From Amphiscolops sp. MND2022 (Eukaryota), in assembly GCA_964187785.1 (NCBI GenBank), contig OZ076409.1, positions 7,132,001-7,196,000 on the forward strand: DNA of 64,000 nucleotides, given 5' to 3'. Shown here piece after piece: positions 40,801 to 49,800 of this stretch. The notes beneath the pieces are model-generated. The model was not told the origin of the DNA and ran no database searches. It was given only the letters and a program-made list of their open reading frames with translations. The number at the start of each line of letters is the position of its first letter. The stretch's first letter is position 1. Made by a program: the position numbers and the translations under genes.

Positions 40801-43800
40801 AGGGGGTGTCAGAATGGATTCAGAGGGATCCATCTCTTTCTCAAGCCGTAAGAACCTTCACACTTCTCATACCTGTCAGCCTTCAAGGAAAACCGCATGT
40901 GCTATAAAAGTGTCGGAAACGGATTAAAATATTCAAAAACTAATGACTTACTTTACTGTCACTTGGTCATTTTGAACTAATTTTGGCCATGTTTTTCAGA
41001 TGCCATTCATACGATTTTAATGTAATGGTACACGTAGGAGCACCTTTGGATACAATGACTGTGCTAAATTTGATGAAAAATTGTATGGACAATTTGAGAA
41101 AATTGAGATTTTCATTGAAAGGTCGGTAGAAAAAAGGTACGACTGCATTGGTAGTCGAAAATTGTTTCCGATTCCTAAAATTGGATTTGACTGACACTCT
41201 TTTCGATTTCAAATTATAACAGAATCGTATAATCAGAAAAAATATCTTTCGGTACCTTTTGTCGTTTTGGTGTCACGATTTTTGACACTATTCAAAGCGT
41301 TTTCGGGACCTTTTTGATGAACTAAATTTCAGAATTTCTGGCATTTGAAAACGAGAAAGTACGCATAAAACGTAAATAATTTTGCAATTCCTGTTCATCT
41401 GCCGTGTTCGATGTTGGTAACGCAAAACCCACAATAAGCGCGGACCTTATCTAGCTCAGAAACTTTTTCTTGCGAAGAATTTTTCAAGTTTTGCAGGGCA
41501 CAGTCTTGCTTCGTTGGTTTTCCATTGAGGATAGGCTAGGCTACCAAAACTGTACCGTTGTAATTCTGATCACAATTTGAGAGACTTTTGCTGCTGAGAC
41601 TATTTTAATAATATCAATATATTGAAGGATATTGCACTTTGAAAAGTGTCGTTAGTCAAATCAACTGTCTTAATTTTTTGGGTCTTAGCTTTTTTGGAGA
41701 GCACAAGCGCTTTTGGTGCTAATCATCACTTTATACGTACGAGCGAACAGACAAAGAAAAATCATCGCTTTTTAGGAGTCGAAAAAAATTCTTTTCTCCC
41801 GACCTTTCAATAAAAGTTTCAAATTCATCAAAAACTGTCCGTACGATTTTCATAAAATTTTGCACAGTCATTTTACACCCAACGGTGCTCCTGCGTGCGC
41901 CCCAAAATCGTATGACTGAGATCTGAGAAACATGGCCAAAATTAGCCCAAGTCACTGAAAAACGGCCATTTTTGGACTTTTTTTATTTTCTCAAAACTGC
42001 CCATACGATTCGAAAGAAACTTTCTACAGTCATTCTATACCATATCAGGGTCCTATTGTGCAATCCCATCAAATTCCTAATAACTGGGATCTGAGAAACG
42101 TTTCTAGATCGTTCCACAAATCTTGTGCTTAAACTTTAAACCGCAATATCTCCTAAACTATTGAAGTCCGACAAACGATTTATAGCGCGTTTGAAAGAAG
42201 AGAATCAGGGCTTTCAAATCAATCTGGACTGGCCTAGGACTTTGCGCCAAAACTTAGCACGCTTCGTGTCTCTGACTGCATTTCAGCATGTTTGAAAACA
42301 TGCTAGATCCACTTCGACCCAATCTTCATACCAGTTGGATAAAGTCGCCACAAACAAAAACTGTAAAAACTGAAAATCTGCGTACATTTTTTTTGATTTT
42401 TTGGCCCCGTTTACTTGGGTTTGGAGACCTCATGTCAATATTCCGTGAAAAGACGTCCAATGCTGTGTAATATCGTCTGAAAATCAAATTCAAGAGTTTT
42501 TGTTACCATATGGTCAGCTGGTGGGTTTAGAAGTTTGCAGAAAGTAACTGGTACGAAATCGTACCAATGGTCCATTTAGGGTTAAAGATCTTGTTGACCA
42601 ATTCTTAGATCTAGTTTTCAACTTGGCCGCCTTGTAGAACATTTCAAGCGACCTGCATTGCTACTTCAAATGAAGAGTAGTTTTGATGTCTTATTCAGGT
42701 CAAAAAATGAACTTCAACATTTTCTTCAAAACCAACTTTCATGTTTTTAACCTAGAAGTTTTGCGTAATAGAATCAATGAGATGTCTCAATTTTACTTAT
42801 ATCTTAGGTTCTTATCTTTATCGAAATTTCGTTCATTGAATGCGAGATTTTTGGTTTTACATTTGAGCTCCAGTAGAGGTGTTTGTTTTGGGTTAATAGA
42901 GCACGACTACAACCTAAGCGCAAGTAACAACTAACTTGGGTTTTTACCGAGCGATTGCGGAGCATTTGACGCGTGAAAAAATCAACTGTTTCTTATATCT
43001 TTCTGAAACATTTTTGTTGCGTTCTCTTTCGTGTACGGTGGCAACTCAAATCAAGCGACAAGTCATATCAGGCGACACCTCATTCCAGGCGACAACTCAT
43101 AGCAAATTGAAGAAGCGACAACTCGTATCAAGCGACAACTTTTATCAATCAAAACTGTTTTTAGAGAATTAAATCCTGTTTAAAAAAATCAAAATAATCA
43201 TTTTAATTATTTTATTAAATATTTAGCGATAATTAGTTGAGCAAATATTTAGAAATTATAAATCCAGTGTCATGGATAATCATGGTGCAGAGAAAATAAT
43301 CTTTAATATAGCGTATAAAATGAGAAGTTTATCTAAATAAACGTTGGAATCTCTAATCGTAGTTAATTCTAAATGTTTTTGAAGATTAATTCAGGTATTT
43401 GTAATTAGGTATTTTTAATTCATGTATTTAATTAAATACCTGAATTGAAAATACTTAATTAAAACACCTGAAATAAACTTCAAAAACATTTAGAATTAAC
43501 TGCGATTAGAGATGCTTAATGCTCAAGCCTAAAGGCAAACCTGATATAACATGTCGCTTTTCCCGGTTGATATGAGTAGTGACTTTTTTGATTTGATATG
43601 AGTTGTCGCCTGATATGAGATGTCGATATGCCCTTTGCTCTTCTCCAGATACCACATACAAGACCTTGAAGAAGTCTTCCACTGGAACGGTGGTATCACT
43701 TTCACACAGTCGATGCTCGTTGCGAGAAAAGATGTCGACAAGTGAAGGAGAAGGCAATGGAAAGGGTCTTGATTCCACGATGCAGACACTTCCAAGTTCC

Positions 43801-46800
43801 TGGAAATCAGAAACAGAACTGCATCAAGTATGTCCACAGTTTTATGACTTTTTCCTGAATTGTAAAATTCTTCTTGATTCCGCAATGGGAAAAAAGGTGG
43901 TTATGTGAACTTCACTATTTTCCATTACGCACGTTGACACAGCTACACCATCCAGGCATAGACCGTCTTGACTGACTTACGCTGAATGACGATTTTCAGC
44001 GATGAACAGATTACGCTGCCTGAGTGAAACCCATTTTATCGGGATGTGTCTCGTAATGAAGAAAAAACGTATGTAACGTAGGTAAATATATTTGCAATAT
44101 TTGGCAAAACCGAAATAAACAAACTAAACGATGCAATGACAGTTTCTTTTTGACAGTTTTCATTGATATTGCATACAAGAAATGAACATCAATCAACCTC
44201 TCAGTGGATTTCTTTCCGTATTTTGTCTTCCAAGTTTTTACTCAAACGACAGATACTCTCTCGCAGAGCTGAACGAGTAAAATCAGGTTTGTAGCATACA
44301 CAGTTCAAATTTTAAGAAATTACAGGGAGAGAAGCATGGTGTAGTGGTAAGGGCATCCAGGAGCAGTGTCAGGTTCGAACCTCTCTCAATGCATCATTGT
44401 TGGGGCTTGAGCAAGTCCTTCATCCTGAGCTTAGTGGTGTGATCAATTACAAAAACAAAAAGAACAACGATGAGCAGTCAGACCTTTGTAACCTTGAGCA
44501 AGTCACTTTGAAACTTCAGCTTCCAGCCGACTATTGTTTGACCACTTGGCTGCAAATATGGCACCGTAGCTTGCTAGGGAGAGATAGTAGTAACATAAAG
44601 GGCGCCGACTTAGAAAAGCAGAACGGCTTGTTCGGCGACTACTCCATTTAATCGGGGAGCTTAGTTTTTTTAATTTAGAAACTTCAGGAAACCAATGTAA
44701 CCAAAACATTTTCTCAGTTTGAAGAAAATATCCGGAGAATTTAGCAAGAAAGGTAAAAGGGACATATTTTGTTATAATTTTTTCCACTAATTTCCATAAA
44801 AGTTTGGTGGTGGGGAAGATAAGAACTCGAGAGAAGCAGCAGACTAGGGGCAGACATTGCCGTTTTTAGCCGGCGCATTTCGGAGAAATCTACTTATCTG
44901 GCGTTTTAAATTTATAGGATGATGACTTTAGTATATACCAAAGTTTGTATCAAAACTCATTCGAGTTAAGCACCCCTTATGAGTTGTTGCCGAAATTATC
45001 GCAAACTTGCTGAACATTTTCGCGATTAACAAAACATGTAGCTTTCTGTCTACTATCTTCATCAATGATTCATAGATTGTCACCGTAGCCATGAATTTGA
45101 ATGTTTTCATCTTGGGGAGAATGTAATGAAAATCATCATGGATGATTATCCAGGATTCAAATTTAATTTGAAATTATCCATGTTTATCCATGAATTTGAA
45201 AGTAGTGCCGTGAACTAAACTAACAATGGCCATGAAATGAATGCTGCTTTTCTTTCCTCTTTCTTTCTATTACAACCACTCATTTTATTTCCTAAGACGG
45301 AGTTCGAATTTTTTGCACTGACTTCGAGCTGTGCTCGGCTTGTTCAAGTTTTTTCGTTAACAAACTTTTGATCTTAAAAATTAATAAAAAAACTTTTTTA
45401 CCGGTGTACTTTTTTGTATTTAGTTGCAATGTTTGTACGGGATGCAGGAGAAAACAGCCGATTTTAAAACGAGACAAAACAAGCGATTTTCAAAACGAAA
45501 CAAAACAGCCAATTTTAAAACGAGACAAAACAGCCGAATTTCAAAACGAGACAAAACAGCCAATTTTAAAACGAAACAAAACAGCCAATTTTAAACGAGA
45601 CAAAACAGCCGAATTTCAAAACGAGACAAAACAGCCGATTTTCAAAACGGGACAAAACAGCCCATTTTAAAACGAGACAAAACAGCCGATTTTGAAAACG
45701 AGACAAAACAGCCGATTTTAAAACGAGATAAAACAGCCGATTTTCAAAACGAGACAAAACAGCCGATTTTGAAACGGGACAAAACAGCCGATTTTCAAAA
45801 CGAGACAAAAGAGCCGATTTTCAAAACGGAACAAAACAGCCGATTTTCAAAACGGAACAAAATGAGTGCTGTTATAGCCAATATGCATGAAACTTGATTT
45901 ATTTAAGAGGTTAGTATATTTGTTGTATGGCTCGGTCGCTTCGCTCCCTTCGTCAAGTAGCAACATTGAGGCATGGCCATATGGCACGTCGCTCCGCTCC
46001 TGCATTTAGGACACTAGGTGTATGTGAAAATAGCGGACTACGTTAGAATAATTATTTTTTTGACTGCTAATTTCACACATTGACAAAATCGGCGAAAATA
46101 CTTCTTTATTTTTACCAATCGGCAATTTTGTACTGTTTTGAAAATCGACTGTTTTGTCCCGCTCCCGTTTTTACAGTCAAGGAATACAATGCAGTTAAAC
46201 TAAAGACATGAAATTGTGTACTTTCATACCTAGCAAATGCAACGATTTCAGGGGCCAGAGCAACTAGCTCCAGAATCCAGGAAGCTGGAACCTCCCAGAA
46301 AGAAGTCTGATCAAAAGTTGAGGAAGGATTCTCGGAAACTGAGTTCTCGCACATCTTCCGATCTTAGCAAGACATCTTCTGACAGCCTCCTCGAAAGTGA
46401 GTAGAACACAAACAGGAGATTAAAACTTTCTCGAAAACGAGCAAATGTGGGGGTAATATCTAGGTTGGGAGAATGGTGAAATAGAGAAAGACAATTTTGT
46501 GGGAATACTTTTAAAAACTGCATGCTGCCTGATTGGAGACATTTAATGCCACCGATTGAGATTATATTTTGGTGATGATAAGTTTTCAGGTGAGTTTCAA
46601 TTTTGAACAAATGGTTTGAAATTCTATCTTACGCTTTTTGATACTTGAGCTTTTTCAGCTTTTAGGTTGACGGATACTTCTAGGTATTTGTCTCCCTGTA
46701 TACAACTGGAATATTGTTGTCTGGCTAACTTGAACTATAAAATATTGGTTTTCTTGTTATTGGCTGTGGCTGCATTGACTAAGAGCTTGAAAGGAGTTGA

Positions 46801-49800
46801 AACGTTCAATTTTTTCCAAGATTTTTCCCAGGTATTTTATTGGATAATGTTGAAAGATTTTGCAACATCAAAAGTTTTTGAATTTCAGATCGTTTGCTGA
46901 AAATGAAGTCTTTGTCGCAGATAGACACGAACAAAGAGAACTCTCAGGTAACTCTTTCTAAAACCATTTTTTATTACTTATATTCTATTACTTATGCAAT
47001 CGTACTTTTTTCCTCAAAAACTCTCGATACGATCTGTATAAAAATTTAGCAGTGTCAATCTACGCCCAAAGGTCCTCCTGCGTGCGCAATGACATCAAAA
47101 TTGTATGACTGGGATATGAAGAATATAGCCGAAATTAGCCCAAAATGACCAAAAAACGGCCAATTTTGGACTTTCTTCGATTTTCTCAAAAACTGTCCTT
47201 ACAACAATTCATTTTAAATTTGTTTTCCAATGTTTGGATCCGTTTCCGACTACTTTACCGCACATGCGGCTCTGGTTCCAATCTTTTTCTGGTTGACTGC
47301 GGTTAGCATTGTTTGCTGTTTGTGTATAGGACCGAGAGAAAGCAACAAAGTCTACATCCTCCAGTGGAAAGTTGCCTCGGAGGGCGTCTTTTCCTGCCGA
47401 TTCCACAACCGACAGTGCATCAAACACTTATTTCGACATGTATGTACCATTTAAAGTAAATTAACGTCAAAAATGTTGAAATAGATTTTCGATTACCATA
47501 TTATGCAGTTAGCAAGCTTAATATTCATGGAAGAAATTGGAAGCTTTGGTAAAGTCTTGCAAACGAAGACACATTTCGAGATATTGATTTTCAGAGACCC
47601 TCTAAACGTTCTTTAAAGAAGTCAATGTTTAGCAAATAGCTTCCAGAAATGCTGGTATGCAATAGGGAATAACTTGAGTTACAAATTGGGGATTTTTTCA
47701 AACCTTTTTTCAACCAATAAACATTTCAGACATGTGAAAAGACGAGGCAGCTTACTCACCTCAAAGCCCGGTTAGAAGTTTCAAATAGAACATCAAAGAT
47801 CTTGAAAATAGTCTCTCATTTTTAGTCAGCGCTTTTCTGGCAAAAGCCGACAATAGATAGCAGTGAATTTTTTAGCACCAGCGAACTGACAGTTTTCTAA
47901 GTTTCTACCAATTTCTTCAGCTGTAAAGCAAGGGTGAGTGTGCGTGGGTTCGAATCCCTGGACGGACAACTTTATCTGATTTTCACAAAAGTAAACCAGA
48001 GCAAAGAGACAAACGTTTTTGAACCCTTTGATTTTTTGGGCATTTCGCGACTTCTTTTTGCGAAAATGTTTTAATTTCATCAAATGGCACCCTTTTTGAG
48101 TCTATACTAGCGAGTCTAAAGAATCTCCTTTTGGGTTTTTCGGCACTTTGCCACTTTTTTCAAAAAATATTTTGGAAAAATGTTTTCAAAAAATTGGGTT
48201 TCACTTTCTTCCACCGTTGCTCCACTGGTTGAAAACGGTAGACTTTTTCCAAACAAAACACTGAGTTTCAGACATGGTTGCATATGGGAAGTTTGATTGA
48301 TTTGAATGTTTTTCACGTTTTCTTCGGAGGTTTGCATTATTAACTGATGCAGCATTAAGATCGTTTTTCAGGAGAGCCTCTTGTCACACCGCTATATAAG
48401 CAATAGTTTCTTAGACTTTTATCTAGTTTACAAATATGCTTGTTTGAAAATTAAGCGATGAAAATTGTAAGAGTTACGATACTGCCAATTTTAGCCAAAT
48501 TTTGGTTGCTGTTCTTGCAGATTTCTCAGACAATTCGCAAGTATCGGAGACGAGTGAGACGCCATCTAGGGCAGTTGCCAAACCAACTCAAGCCCCGCCC
48601 CCAGCTTTGACCGGGTTGAAGTCCCTGGACAAATTCTACCCCAAACCACCTGCTACTGCAAAACCGGTAATATTATTATTGGAACTTTTTCCTTTCCCAC
48701 ACACTTTTCTATGATATTGTTCTGGCAATTAATTTGCTCTCAATTGAATTTCCAACGAAATAGTTCACGTAACTTCATGTGGAGACAACAAAACTAAATA
48801 AAAGATTTTATATCTGATTTATATGCACTGTCTTTTATATCTCATTTTGTTAAAAAAACTCGTTTAATGTATAAAATTACCCAAAACCTACTGGAATAAG
48901 ATCTGAACTCACTGAAAAAGCCACAGGAAAAAGATCTGAAATTACCAAAAAACCACTGGGATAAGATCTAAAATGACTGAAAAAAACACCGGAATAAGAT
49001 CTAAATTCACTGAAAAACCACTGGAATAAGATCTAAAATCACCGAAAAAGTCATTTGTTCAAGTCTAAAATTACCGAAGAACCGAGGAAATGAGATATAA
49101 AATCAGTGATAAAAAGCACTGGAATAAGATCTAAAATCACCCAAAAAATCACTGGAGTAATATATAAACTCATTGGATAACCAATGGAAAATGATTTTCG
49201 GACACGATTTGAAATTGCAAACAGGGTTTACAGATACTTCAGTACCGGTCCCGATAATTTTCTTACTTTGTTTCGCTTTGATGCGTCAAGGGCGCGAATA
49301 ATATCTAAAGGTCTTTCGTGTAGTGAATTTTTCAGTTGCTAGAAATTTTGAACGAAATTTTCATTTTTCGGTGGGAAAGCCTCCACGTTAGCTAATTTTC
49401 TCCCACCGGTGGCCATCGGTGTCAGTACGGGCAACTTATATCTGATTTTTTTTTCAAACAGAAACGGGTGAAGAAAAATGCAAAACCAAAGAGTCGGACA
49501 GGAAAGAGAAGCAAACAAGCACCAGAAAAAGTGTTCATACCTCCAGAAGTTGTCAACAGCAAGTCAAGTAAGTTTTTATTTTTTGACTCCTATTGAAAAA
49601 ACCATCATTCAATAGAAACAAGTCGGGAGTCGCGCCAAGTCGGCGCCATATCCAAGGCTCAAAAATAGCAAAAGGACATCAAAGTTTCAAAGTATTCTCT
49701 TCTACAGCATTAAAAAAATTTTGAAAAAAGTCTCACAACGCCGAAAAAAATTGAAAGGGGGGACCCTTTGGGATTTTTCTATACCCAGTCTGTCACAAAC

